A DNA stretch of 39,418 bases, taken from the NCBI GenBank assembly GCA_049975325.1, contig JBNGDW010000003.1, forward strand, positions 1 through 39,418. Direction: 5' to 3'. Made by a program: the position numbers and the translations under genes. Under the pieces are notes generated by a model that saw only the letters and a program-made list of their open reading frames with translations, searched no databases and was not told where the DNA came from. Of this stretch, positions 9,483 to 19,303 are shown one piece after another (the first letter of the stretch is position 1; every line of letters starts with the position of its first letter). The DNA comes from Candidatus Cloacimonadia bacterium (GTDB lineage Bacteria > Cloacimonadota > Cloacimonadia > JGIOTU-2 > JBNGDW01).

Positions 9483-10805
9483 TTATCTTCTACCGATTGC
9501 AAAATAAGTAAATCCCATTTCTCGTATTTTTTGTGGGTCATATTGATCCCTTCCATCAAAGATGACTTTCTTTCTAAGACGGCGTTTGATTTCCTCAAAA
9601 TTAGGGTGACGAAACTGATGCCATTCAGTAATCAACAGCAAAGCATCTGCGCCTTCCAGTGCTTCATATTGATCCTTAGCATAGGTGATATTGGGATTTT
9701 CTCCAAAGATTCTTTTTGCCTCGTTGATAGCAGCAGGATCATACGCCTGAACTTTTGCGCCCCTCCTGATTAATTCATTGATAATTATCTGAGATGGTGC
9801 TTCACGCATATCATCTGTCATAGGTTTGAAGGAAAGCCCCCATACTGCAAAAGTTTTATCTTTGAGATTCTCGCCAAAGTAGGCAAATACTTTTTGCACG
9901 AGCACCATTTTCTGTGTTTCATTTACCTCTTCTACTGCCTCAAGGATCTTTGCTGATGAATCATGCTCTTGTGCCATCTTTATCAAAGCCTTCACATCCT
10001 TGGGAAAACAAGATCCTCCATATCCTACCCCAGGATATAGAAACTTATAACCAATGCGGGTATCAGAACCTATGCCCTTACGGACTTCTTCTATATCTGC
10101 ATTGAGTTTTTCACATAATCTTGAAAGCTCGTTCATAAACGATATTTTTGTGGCAAGAAGGGCATTTGCGGCGTATTTCGCCATTTCGGCAGATCGAACC
10201 CCCATAAATATAATGCGATCACTTTGGAGAGTAAATGAAGAATATAGCTCCTGCATTATCTTTCTGGCTTGCTGGCTATCAGTCCCGATAACGATTCTAT
10301 CGGGTTTCATAAAATCATCTATTGCAACGCCTTCCTTAAGAAATTCAGGGTTAGATACAACATCAAATTGATAAGAAACTCCGCGTTTTTTTAACTCTTG
10401 TTCAATCGTATCTTTTACTTTATCTGCTGTTCCAACAGGTACTGTAGATTTATCTACTACAACCTTGTAGCCATTCATATATCTTCCAATATCTTTTGCA
10501 ACTGCCAATACATACTTAAGGTCTGCTGATCCGTCCTCATCTGGTGGGGTACCTACTGCGATAAATATCACCGATGATGCTTCAACAGAGTGTCTTATGT
10601 CAGTGGTAAAAGAGAGTCTTTTTTCTTGAACATTTCGGTACACCATAGGTTCTAATCCCTCTTCGAAAATGGGCATTTCTCCACGATTAAGCTTACTTAT
10701 CTTATCCGAATCGTTATCAACGCAGATAACTTCGTTGCCCATCTCAGCAAAACATGTGCCTGTTACCAGTCCGACATATCCAGTACCGACTACGGCTATT
10801 TTCAT
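9483..10805 (-). CDS. ugd: UDP-glucose 6-dehydrogenase
   Basis: GTGYVG, KSTVPVG, NPEFLKEG and GYGGSCFPKD motifs. Confidence 0.95.
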   Translation of the reverse strand: MKIAVVGTGYVGLVTGTCFAEMGNEVICVDNDSDKISKLNRGEMPIFEEGLEPMVYRNVQEKRLSFTTDIRHSVEASSVIFIAVGTPPDEDGSADLKYVLAVAKDIGRYMNGYKVVVDKSTVPVGTADKVKDTIEQELKKRGVSYQFDVVSNPEFLKEGVAIDDFMKPDRIVIGTDSQQARKIMQELYSSFTLQSDRIIFMGVRSAEMAKYAANALLATKISFMNELSRLCEKLNADIEEVRKGIGSDTRIGYKFLYPGVGYGGSCFPKDVKALIKMAQEHDSSAKILEAVEEVNETQKMVLVQKVFAYFGENLKDKTFAVWGLSFKPMTDDMREAPSQIIINELIRRGAKVQAYDPAAINEAKRIFGENPNITYAKDQYEALEGADALLLITEWHQFRHPNFEEIKRRLRKKVIFDGRDQYDPQKIREMGFTYFAIGRR

Positions 10806-11750
10806 TTATCTCTCCTTCTTTATATTTTTAGCAAAATAATCAATTGTTTGCTCGATACCTTCTTTTAAGGAAGTCTTTGGAGACCAATTTAGAACCTCTC
10901 TTGCTTTTGAAATATCCAAGCAGCTTCTATGAATATCTCCTGGTCGAGCGCCCATTTGTTTTGGTTTTATATCACTTCCCAATAGAGTTGCTACCTGGTG
11001 ATAAAGCTCGCTTGTAGTTGTTGGCTTGCCTGTACCAATATTTATCACCTCGTTATCACACATTTCTAAACCCTTCAGATTAGCAGTTACCACATCGCCA
11101 ACGAAGACATAATCCCTAATCATGCCATTCGGTTCATCCGGATAAACATAAAGATGAGGTTCTTTTTTTTGCAGGAGGTTCTCAATAAAAATCGATACAA
11201 CACCTGCTTCTCCGTGAGGAATCTGCCGAGGTCCGTAAACATTCGCATATCGTAATACCAGATAGTTAAGTCCAAACTGATAAAAATAGTAATGAAGATA
11301 TTTTTCTGCTGAGAACTTTGCAATTGCATATGGAGATACTGGCATAGGCACATAATTCTCGGTTGTTGGATATTCATCAGCATCGCCATAAATTGCTCCA
11401 CCTGTTGAAGCAAATATAATCTTTTGCGCCCCATACTTTGCCGCATTTGCAAAAATGTTCAGACTTCCCAGAATATTTACATCCGCATCAAAAATTGGTT
11501 TTTGGGTAGAGATGGTTACGCTGATTTGGGCGGCGTGATGATTTACAATATCCGGTCTTTCATCTGCGAATATGTCAGCAACTGCGGCATCTCGGATATC
11601 GAGTTCAAAAAATTTGGCTTGGGAATTAATATTTTGACGATTTCCAGTAGACAGATTATCAATAATAATCACTTCATACCCAGCATCGATGTATGCATCA
11701 ACGATATGAGAGCCAATGAATCCAGCACCACCAGTAACTAATATTTTCAT
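10806..11750 (-). CDS. NAD-dependent epimerase/dehydratase (UDP-glucose 4-epimerase-like)
   Basis: TGGAGFIG, YAIAK (YxxxK) and NVYGPRQ motifs; abuts ugd. Confidence 0.9.
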   Translation of the reverse strand: MKILVTGGAGFIGSHIVDAYIDAGYEVIIIDNLSTGNRQNINSQAKFFELDIRDAAVADIFADERPDIVNHHAAQISVTISTQKPIFDADVNILGSLNIFANAAKYGAQKIIFASTGGAIYGDADEYPTTENYVPMPVSPYAIAKFSAEKYLHYYFYQFGLNYLVLRYANVYGPRQIPHGEAGVVSIFIENLLQKKEPHLYVYPDEPNGMIRDYVFVGDVVTANLKGLEMCDNEVINIGTGKPTTTSELYHQVATLLGSDIKPKQMGARPGDIHRSCLDISKAREVLNWSPKTSLKEGIEQTIDYFAKNIKKER

Positions 11751-11766
11751 TCTTCCTCCTCCACCG

Positions 11767-12585
11767 CTATGGTTTCCCTATAGACGGGGAATGTGACTGA
11801 TGATTTGGGGATTTACTTTTTTCCACCATAGCATATGCATTATGGTTATGAATCGATTCTATACTTTCGGCTTCTACCTTATAAAAAGTTATACGAGGAT
11901 CAGAGGAAAGTTTTTGTGCAACCTCACGAACCACATCTTCTACAAATTTGGGATTAGCATAGGCAGTCTCGGTTACATATTTCTCGTCTTTCCTTTTTAA
12001 TAAGGAATATATCTGGCTGCTCCCGCTTTTTTCAATCATTTCTATTAATTCCTCTAACCAGATAAAATCTTTATATCTGATTGTAGCGCTCACATAGGTA
12101 CGCTGATTATGTGCGCCGATTTTACTGATTTCTTTTGAACAAGGGCAAAGTGTGGTAATTGGCACATTGGCTGTCAATTCTAAACAGTAATTATGACCAA
12201 GCGATGCTTTAAACCTAGATTTATAAGACATTAGCGATTCCTGATGAGATACAGGTGCCTTTTTCTTTATAAAATAATAAAACTCCAGTTCAATATAAGC
12301 GGCATCTGCATTTAGTTTTTGTTTCAATTCAAACAGCATGTTTTCAAGATTGTCCACCAAAGTCTCTTTGTGGTAATGATTGAGCACTTCAATAAATCTG
12401 CTCATATGGGTTCCACGATATTTATGCGGAAGCTCAACATACATGTTGATACTTGCAATTGTAGGCTGCTTTCCATTTGCCCGGTCTTGTAGTACAATCG
12501 GATATTTTAAGCCCTTTAAACCTACTTTGTTTATGGTAATTTTTCGATTATCTGTCGAGTTTTGCACATCATTTAATACTGTCAT
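11767..12585 (-). CDS. folE2: GTP cyclohydrolase IB (FolE2)
   Basis: GTHMSRF, LCPCSKEIS, GAHNQR, FVEDVVR and ESIHNH motifs. Confidence 0.96.
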   Translation of the reverse strand: MTVLNDVQNSTDNRKITINKVGLKGLKYPIVLQDRANGKQPTIASINMYVELPHKYRGTHMSRFIEVLNHYHKETLVDNLENMLFELKQKLNADAAYIELEFYYFIKKKAPVSHQESLMSYKSRFKASLGHNYCLELTANVPITTLCPCSKEISKIGAHNQRTYVSATIRYKDFIWLEELIEMIEKSGSSQIYSLLKRKDEKYVTETAYANPKFVEDVVREVAQKLSSDPRITFYKVEAESIESIHNHNAYAMVEKSKSPNHQSHSPSIGKP

Positions 12586-12593
12586 AATTTCCT

Positions 12594-13604
12594 TTAGTTC
12601 TGAGATAACTGCTTATAATTATATTTCATAAATCCATTAGATAATAGTTGCTTGAGCTTACCCTCCTGCTCATAAATTACTAAAGCCTCAACATTCTCAA
12701 GCTGATTCACAAGATGAATACCTTTTTCAGGACCCATAACAAAGACCGCTGTACATAAGGCATCGGCTTCTGTCGCCTCAGCAGCTATGACAGTAACACT
12801 TACTGATTGATCTGCGGGTAAGCCTGTTTTTGGATCAAGAATATGATGGATACGCATCCCATCTTTCATAAAAAACTGTTCATAATCGCCTGATGTAGCT
12901 ATTGCTGCATTTTTTGCAGTAAAATAACCCCACAATGTTGAATCGTCACGCGGATGCTGTATTCCAATTTTCCACTCCTCTCCATTCTCATTTTCAAGAA
13001 CATACAAATCTCCACCTGCATTTATAGCCGCTTTTCTAATACCAGCAGAAACCAGATATTCAGCCACCTTATCTACAATGTATCCTTTTGCGATCGCACC
13101 TACATCAAGGCAGATTGCGGGGTCATCTTTGACTACTTTATTGCTTTCTATATGCAATTTCGTAAAATCAACATGTTTTAGATTTTCTCTGATATCATTT
13201 GGATCTGGCATAGTTTTGTCAAGAAAGTCGTATAATCGCGACACAGCCCCAATAGTAACATCAAAAGCCCCTTGGGATAACTCACTGATTTTTTGAGACT
13301 TTTGAAGCAACTCTGCCAGCTCATCTGAAATTACTATTTCTTTCTTCTCAGAAGAGTTTACCTTCCTAATTTCCGAATCATCCACCTTATCTGAAAATTG
13401 GTTTTCATATTTCGCTATAAGACTAAAAGCAGAATCAATAATCACGGGATTATCAGAATTTTTCTCCTTTATGTCAATTGTGACAAATGTGCCTAAAGCA
13501 ACTCGCGTTTCTGTCACTGGCTTGTGTTGCTCATTGGAGATACGGATATAAGCAATAATTATAAGAGCAACAATCAGGCAAACTTGAATAATTCTTTTCT
13601 TCAT
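12594..13604 (-). CDS. apbE: FAD:protein FMN transferase ApbE
   Basis: GAFDVT, DVGAIAKGY, NAGGD, ATSGDYE and HHILDP motifs; N-terminal membrane anchor. Confidence 0.95.
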   Translation of the reverse strand: MKKRIIQVCLIVALIIIAYIRISNEQHKPVTETRVALGTFVTIDIKEKNSDNPVIIDSAFSLIAKYENQFSDKVDDSEIRKVNSSEKKEIVISDELAELLQKSQKISELSQGAFDVTIGAVSRLYDFLDKTMPDPNDIRENLKHVDFTKLHIESNKVVKDDPAICLDVGAIAKGYIVDKVAEYLVSAGIRKAAINAGGDLYVLENENGEEWKIGIQHPRDDSTLWGYFTAKNAAIATSGDYEQFFMKDGMRIHHILDPKTGLPADQSVSVTVIAAEATEADALCTAVFVMGPEKGIHLVNQLENVEALVIYEQEGKLKQLLSNGFMKYNYKQLSQN

Positions 13605-13620
13605 TTAAAGTGCAATTTAG

Positions 13621-13670
13621 AAAAAGCACAAAGGATGAGATTATTCATTATATAATAAACCTTTGTGCTT
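13621..13670 (-). terminator. probable intrinsic terminator closing the four-gene membrane operon
   Basis: AAGCACAAAGG (13624-13634) pairs with CCTTTGTGCTT (13660-13670), with an inner TTATT/AATAA pair. The minus-strand transcript ends in a short U tract. Confidence 0.65.
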
Positions 13671-13699
13671 GGTATATTTAATAAAGTACTTTGGGTATT

Positions 13700-14296
13700 C
13701 TAAATTAAATGCAGCCAATCTTGGAGGAGGAACTGGATACGGCCAATTAAAAGTGAGACACGAGCCATAACTGTGTATCCAAAGGAGGCACCAAATCCGA
13801 TCATCATAAACCAAATTCCAATAGATGTTATTCTGCCATAGACACCGGTATGTGCTTTGGAAAAGAAGAAGTAAAGAAGTATGGTAACAGTACCAATAAA
13901 TATCAAAATAGTATTTATATCGGTGAGAGGCATCATTGCACCTCGCATTTGCACGAGTATCCACGAATGCAGAGTCATTGGTACGCTCATTCCTGTAATA
14001 GCCATTCCAAAAGCTATAGGATATCTACTCAACCAGCTATATTTAGGCCAAAATCGGAAACAGTAAAGTATGCCAATGATAAAGGGAATAATAAGGATAT
14101 ACTCGTGACGAAGAAAAAGTGGATTATATGCATACGGAATAAAGACATTGTAGAAGGTAAGAGGAATAGAATAACCTACTGATATACCAATAAAGAGATG
14201 TTCGGCAAACCTGTAGATAGGATTTTCTTTATAAAGGAATGAAAATATACTTAAGGTTAAAAAAGCAGCAATCCATGTTCCAATAATTTCGCTCAT
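13700..14296 (-). CDS. conserved-type multi-pass membrane protein (module gene 4)
   Basis: About 6 hydrophobic helices; FSFLYKENPIYRFAEHLFIG and FGASFGYTVMAR segments; AAGGAG Shine-Dalgarno sequence. Confidence 0.8.
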   Translation of the reverse strand: MSEIIGTWIAAFLTLSIFSFLYKENPIYRFAEHLFIGISVGYSIPLTFYNVFIPYAYNPLFLRHEYILIIPFIIGILYCFRFWPKYSWLSRYPIAFGMAITGMSVPMTLHSWILVQMRGAMMPLTDINTILIFIGTVTILLYFFFSKAHTGVYGRITSIGIWFMMIGFGASFGYTVMARVSLLIGRIQFLLQDWLHLI

Positions 14297-14306
14297 TTTC
14301 GTCTCC

Positions 14307-15251
14307 TTACTTTACTACTTTTCTTTTTTCTTCACGGCGACTCAGAAAATATCCTATATTTCCAAGGATGATAAAGACAATGATTAAAAGATGTACTATA
14401 GCCTGGGCATCCATGCCAATACGAGCCACTTTGTATTTATAGAGAGTCTCAGCGAAGTCGTATTGTTGGGTTCTCCATTTAAGGTCACGAGCACGCTTTA
14501 CACTAAAGCTAAGGTCATTCATTGCGAAAGCATCAACCAATTCCTCATATTCAGCAGCACCCTTAAGTCCACCAAGCATGCCTATAATCTGCCCAGTTTG
14601 TAGGTAAGGATAAACCTCCGCGGCTGATACAGCAGTAACACCAGTTGCAACATCAAGGCCAAATCTTGGCCGTGCATAGGTAAACCATTTATATCCATAT
14701 GAAGAACCTGTGGTCTCAATTACTACTTGAATATTATCATAATTTTTTATTTTTTCCATTATTGACAGATTTTCAAGACTAAGCCCTGCCGCATTCGTTT
14801 CAATAGTTTTGGTTATATCCTCTCCCATACCTAAAATTATTGGGATAGTCAATGCTGCGGGTTTATATCCAAAATTACAATAATCTACATCAGGTTGTAT
14901 GTCAGGAAAATCCTCTTTTACCTCTGAGATAGCCATCTCAGCAATTGGTGCTCCTGTTGGAAAGAAGGAAAGTGTGAACACCTTAATCTTTCGTGCAAAA
15001 CAATGCCGTAATATTGCGATCTCCATTGGATATAACTCAGGCATTGTTGCTGGATCATGATAAAAATCTAAAATGATAGCCATATCATCCCTGCCAGCAA
15101 CTGCATCAATATGTTGATAGAGGTCTTCTACAGGGGTGGTCGTATATGTGGGCAATCCTAATGGAAAAACAAGAGGCAATATTACGCAAAGGGCAACTAT
15201 AATATAGATATAGCGTCTATCTACTTTTTGAATAAATTCAGAGAATTTCAT
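14307..15251 (-). CDS. membrane protein with large soluble alpha/beta domain (module gene 3)
   Basis: Transmembrane segments at both termini flank a soluble domain containing YPYLQTGQIIGMLGGLKGAAEYE; AGGAG Shine-Dalgarno sequence. Confidence 0.8.
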   Translation of the reverse strand: MKFSEFIQKVDRRYIYIIVALCVILPLVFPLGLPTYTTTPVEDLYQHIDAVAGRDDMAIILDFYHDPATMPELYPMEIAILRHCFARKIKVFTLSFFPTGAPIAEMAISEVKEDFPDIQPDVDYCNFGYKPAALTIPIILGMGEDITKTIETNAAGLSLENLSIMEKIKNYDNIQVVIETTGSSYGYKWFTYARPRFGLDVATGVTAVSAAEVYPYLQTGQIIGMLGGLKGAAEYEELVDAFAMNDLSFSVKRARDLKWRTQQYDFAETLYKYKVARIGMDAQAIVHLLIIVFIILGNIGYFLSRREEKRKVVK

Positions 15252-15281
15252 ATAATGCTCCTCTTCTATAATTGGAAATAT

Positions 15282-15905
15282 TTACTCACGACCGCCGAGA
15301 TAAGATCGTTCAATACCTAAAATAATTTTTAATGATGTTGCTACAATACCCAAACCTACACCGATATTTATTCCCCGTTTTGCAGCCAGGTTTGGCACAT
15401 TCAAAATCCATTCAGTGATATCAGGTATCCAATGTGTAATGGCAGCACCTATAGAGACTCTTCCGAGCATAACAATTACACCGGCAATAAGCAGAACCGT
15501 GGCTTCTAGTGAGCGGGCACGGAATGCCTTATATGCTGCAGAGGCAATATAAAAAGCTAAGAGAGAAAACATTGTGGACGCTAAGGGAACTTGCAAGTTT
15601 TCAAAAACCCACATAAAAGGAGTTCCAGCCTCAATGCCCCAGATAAAACCTATAGCAGCTGTTACAACTATACTAACCAAAGTTACTATGCTATAGCCCC
15701 AGTTTGGCGCCTTATGAGTCACTTTACTCCAATGGACTAACCATAAACTACCCACAGCCAAAACAAGAGCAAAGGAAGATACAACTTTCATCCAGTCCAT
15801 ATACCAACTATAGAAATCATCTGCAATTTTGTGCGGTATAAATACATAACCAACGAATATAAAGCCTAATACGATAACTATTAATAAGGGTATTTGCTTT
15901 TTCAT
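15282..15905 (-). CDS. multi-pass membrane protein (module gene 2)
   Basis: About 6 transmembrane helices; TMFSLLAFYIASAAYKAFRARSLEA segment; C-terminal KIILGIERSYLG; GAGGAG Shine-Dalgarno sequence. Confidence 0.8.
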   Translation of the reverse strand: MKKQIPLLIVIVLGFIFVGYVFIPHKIADDFYSWYMDWMKVVSSFALVLAVGSLWLVHWSKVTHKAPNWGYSIVTLVSIVVTAAIGFIWGIEAGTPFMWVFENLQVPLASTMFSLLAFYIASAAYKAFRARSLEATVLLIAGVIVMLGRVSIGAAITHWIPDITEWILNVPNLAAKRGINIGVGLGIVATSLKIILGIERSYLGGRE

Positions 15906-15926
15906 CTGTTTTCTCCTCAGTATTTA

Positions 15927-18698
15927 TTATTGAGCTGGGAACCAATTCATAAAAAAGGTTAAGTGGAGGGTAGAGAGCAGCGTCCCAAGCACTATTCCTA
16001 TTATAATTAAAAGTTTCATATAGTCCTGTGCCTTTAAAGTTCCCAAAATGAGAGGTTCGCGCGATAGATAGGCACTTGCTGCATAAAGTTCCTCCCCAAT
16101 TAAGGTATAATCACATGTAGTAATAAAGAATGGCAATTGAGTAATGGCGTCAGTACCAGCAATCTGGATGGCACCTGTTGTGCTTCCAGTCTCAGTCATT
16201 AAAAGGGATTCGGCCCAGAACATACCAAGGTAAAAGTTTGTAGCGGTCTTTTCTCGAATCATTATTCCATTTACACCAGCCACAAAAGCAAACTGCTGGT
16301 CACTAACAAAGAATACGCTATTTTTATCATAAGTATCAGGTCTTCCTGCCTCATAATGGGCTTCGCGCACAATTTCTTGAGCAATTGGGAGAACAATATA
16401 ATCACGCACAGGCACCAGAATACGGGTATCGTATTCTGCTGCTTTTTTTGCTACTCCACTCAATATTGCAAGACCTGCGAGTGTGGCAACATCTTGAATA
16501 GTACTTAGTCCTGGTACAAAAAGTATCGGTCTCCCCATCTCGGTGGCTCTACCTATTGCTGTATCAATTTCCTGAATCCCTGCTATTGGGCGAATATACA
16601 AATTTCTTCCCTGACGAGCAGCTTTGATCATTACGTAGACGAGTATTGCAAAAATTGCAAAGGAGATTAGGACAATAATTTTTGTCTTATCAAACCAATC
16701 CGGAGTCGGATAAAAGTATGGGTTGTCTTCAAGCTTAGTATCTACAAAGTGCCCCTTGCCATCAGTCTTCCGAAGATAGTAAGTGAAGGTTCTTTTGGCT
16801 TTATTATGTGCTTCTTCGAGAATTTTCATTCTCGCGCGGTCACTTTTTTGTTGATTTGCCTCTCGTACCCAGGGTGGCACATCTTCATTATTTATAAAAC
16901 CTACATATTGAGCAATCTGTTCTTGAATCTGCTCACGCTCCTCAAGCGAAGAAACGGTTTCTAATTCCTGTTGCAACCTTTCGACTTCTTTGCGAAGCTC
17001 TTCGTGAAGCTTGTGTAATTGCTCGAGATAGAGGGTCTCTACATAATATGGTTGATATTCCTTCCAATTTCCTACATCAAGATAGGTAGGTACATAAAGC
17101 AGATTATCCTCAAGTGAGTATTGTACAATTCCACGATAAACTACTTCCTCATAAGGAACTTTGTCTAAATATTGCCTTTCCATAAATGAGAATGGCTGTG
17201 CAAAGCGATATAGGGGGTCATTCTTACTACGCTTATACACCTGATAAGTATATTTGCTCTCAGGATATTTTTCTACCCTCACAAGCTCCATTTCATCATC
17301 GTAGTAGAATGTATGCGAAATAACATAATCTTCAGGAAGCTGCACACCTTTGTCTTTGCACACGAATTGAGCAGTAATTGTCTGCGGCTCTAAATAGTCC
17401 CAATCAACATCAAATTCGACCAAATTATCAAGCACATATTCTGCATGGGTCGTTCCATTTATTTCAAGATTGATCTGCGTGACCTCAAAGAGCTCATTAT
17501 CCTTTATAAGATAATTTACAGTCAATTTTGTAAGATCATTATTATATGATATTTTAGAGATCCCCAAATAAGGCTTCTCATAATAAATTCGTATCTGATC
17601 GCCTTTATCATTTGGGTTATCTTCAACAGTAAAATATTCCGCTGGGGTTGGGATCAGATCTGAACTTGCCACTTCTGCTGGTATTGGTTCATCCAAAGCA
17701 ATCGTTTCCTGGTCTCCTCTGTCCTGCTCCCCTATATTAAACCTGTACCAGGAGAGGTTAGCAGGATTAAAGGCTGGAAAGTTTGCCGCAATCGAATCAA
17801 AAGGCACTATCGCATTCGTTTGCGGTGTGTATGGATAGGCATCTGGACGTGTAAAAATAAGATGTTGATTACCATGTTCATCATAAAGATAGATATTAAA
17901 CTGTTTTTGATCGTCAGGGAATAATGGTAATGTCCATTCAAAATGCATCTTCTCGGCATCAAGGTACGCCACAGCATAGAACTCATCCAACTTTTCGGGA
18001 GGATCATCTGTCGTTTTTCCTACAACTATCTCAGAGAGTGGGGATACTTCTCTATTTATATTGACTGCTTGTACAGCGTAGTAATAGGGCGTTCCAACTT
18101 TAAGTTTGCTGAGTATGTATGTAAACTGCCTAAGTTTTAATCCAGCAAGGTAATATGAGGTGGTATCCACTTCCCCATCTTTTTCGACTATCTCAGTAAA
18201 CTCGCTCTTCTTTGTTTTATACATATATTCTTTATTGGGAATAACAGACAACATTCTGTAATGCTGCATTAGCGGGCCATATACCTTCATATCACGGGGG
18301 ATTTCTCTATACAGTACTTCATATCCCTTATCACCCTTTTTCTGGCCTTTTTCGTGTTTCAGTTTAGCTGGGGAAGTTGCGGAAACGAAAAAATTATATC
18401 CTTGGTCAAGATAACGAATAGTATCGCCGACAAATCCAGTTTCTTTATTGATTGGTATCTTCCCAATATAGAAGAGTGTATCCGGTGTTACACCCCGATA
18501 GACTCTATATTCAATTATTTTCTTCTCTTTTGGTAAAGGATTCCAAATAATCTCTAATCCTCCACCATCATCATAGGGAATATCGCGAGCTTGTAAACCG
18601 GTTACGGGTTCATCATTAGGAAGCATCTGAGCATTTGCTAGCCCGAAACAACCCCAAAGCAAAATTACTATTATACCACTCAGAATACTTTTTTGCAT
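15927..18698 (-). CDS. secreted FN3-like repeat protein with coiled coil, transmembrane helix and C-terminal DUF6754-like domain (module gene 1)
   Basis: Signal peptide ending LANA-Q. Repeated DxPxDxG and YRVYR/YYYAVQA FN3-type motifs, heptad-rich LHEELRKEVERLQQEL, a transmembrane helix, then IRPIAG...AIGRATEMGRP...LIGEELYAASAYL recognised as DUF6754-like. Confidence 0.8.
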   Translation of the reverse strand: MQKSILSGIIVILLWGCFGLANAQMLPNDEPVTGLQARDIPYDDGGGLEIIWNPLPKEKKIIEYRVYRGVTPDTLFYIGKIPINKETGFVGDTIRYLDQGYNFFVSATSPAKLKHEKGQKKGDKGYEVLYREIPRDMKVYGPLMQHYRMLSVIPNKEYMYKTKKSEFTEIVEKDGEVDTTSYYLAGLKLRQFTYILSKLKVGTPYYYAVQAVNINREVSPLSEIVVGKTTDDPPEKLDEFYAVAYLDAEKMHFEWTLPLFPDDQKQFNIYLYDEHGNQHLIFTRPDAYPYTPQTNAIVPFDSIAANFPAFNPANLSWYRFNIGEQDRGDQETIALDEPIPAEVASSDLIPTPAEYFTVEDNPNDKGDQIRIYYEKPYLGISKISYNNDLTKLTVNYLIKDNELFEVTQINLEINGTTHAEYVLDNLVEFDVDWDYLEPQTITAQFVCKDKGVQLPEDYVISHTFYYDDEMELVRVEKYPESKYTYQVYKRSKNDPLYRFAQPFSFMERQYLDKVPYEEVVYRGIVQYSLEDNLLYVPTYLDVGNWKEYQPYYVETLYLEQLHKLHEELRKEVERLQQELETVSSLEEREQIQEQIAQYVGFINNEDVPPWVREANQQKSDRARMKILEEAHNKAKRTFTYYLRKTDGKGHFVDTKLEDNPYFYPTPDWFDKTKIIVLISFAIFAILVYVMIKAARQGRNLYIRPIAGIQEIDTAIGRATEMGRPILFVPGLSTIQDVATLAGLAILSGVAKKAAEYDTRILVPVRDYIVLPIAQEIVREAHYEAGRPDTYDKNSVFFVSDQQFAFVAGVNGIMIREKTATNFYLGMFWAESLLMTETGSTTGAIQIAGTDAITQLPFFITTCDYTLIGEELYAASAYLSREPLILGTLKAQDYMKLLIIIGIVLGTLLSTLHLTFFMNWFPAQ

Positions 18699-18723
18699 AG
18701 TACTCCTTCCTTACAAGATTACT

Positions 18724-19239
18724 TTAAATAGACTTTCCGTATGCAAATAAACCGCCTGCTTTATAAATATCCATTTGAACCTTTGAGAAGGGCATCAGTG
18801 AGATAAACGGAGAGGAAGTTTTACCAGTCTCTAAGTTAATCTCAAGCTCTTGCCTTTGCTGAAGTTTGTCTAATTGTATATCTAAGATTTCCAGAATTGG
18901 TAGCCCTGAATTTATTGCATTGCGCTTATAAATTGCACCAAAGGAAAGTGCAAGAATGGCTTGTATACCAAGAGAGATAAAACAGTCTACGGCTTGCTGG
19001 CGGGATGAGCCTGCACCAAAATTTTTGCCAGCAATCACAATATCACCTTTTTCAGCTTTCTGGACAAAATCCTTCCACCCCTCAAGATTATCAAAAGTAT
19101 ATTCTCCCATCTGATTAATATCAGTAATAGTAAGGTACCTATTATGGAAGATCATATCTGTATTGATATCATCTATCAGCTTGCCGCTGGCATCGGTTAG
19201 CAACCAAATTTTGCCTTTTATCAATACATCTTTTAGCAT
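18724..19239 (-). CDS. LeuD/HacB/DmdB-type dehydratase small subunit (copy 2)
   Basis: DINTDMIF, GKNFGAGSSRQQA and SFGAIYKRNAIN motifs. ATG at 19239 is preferred over the TTG at 19275. Confidence 0.85.
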   Translation of the reverse strand: MLKDVLIKGKIWLLTDASGKLIDDINTDMIFHNRYLTITDINQMGEYTFDNLEGWKDFVQKAEKGDIVIAGKNFGAGSSRQQAVDCFISLGIQAILALSFGAIYKRNAINSGLPILEILDIQLDKLQQRQELEINLETGKTSSPFISLMPFSKVQMDIYKAGGLFAYGKSI

Positions 19240-19303
19240 GACACGATAAATTTGGTTTTGGCTGTCACTTGTCAATTTTTTTTATTAAAAAAATACATAT
19301 AGA

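Noticed and set aside
14634-14654. DVATGVT in module gene 3 as an ApbE flavinylation site
   Set aside because: It has Val in place of the conserved Ala of DxxS/TGAS/T, it is not in an FMN_bind-like context, and a terminator separates the module from apbE.
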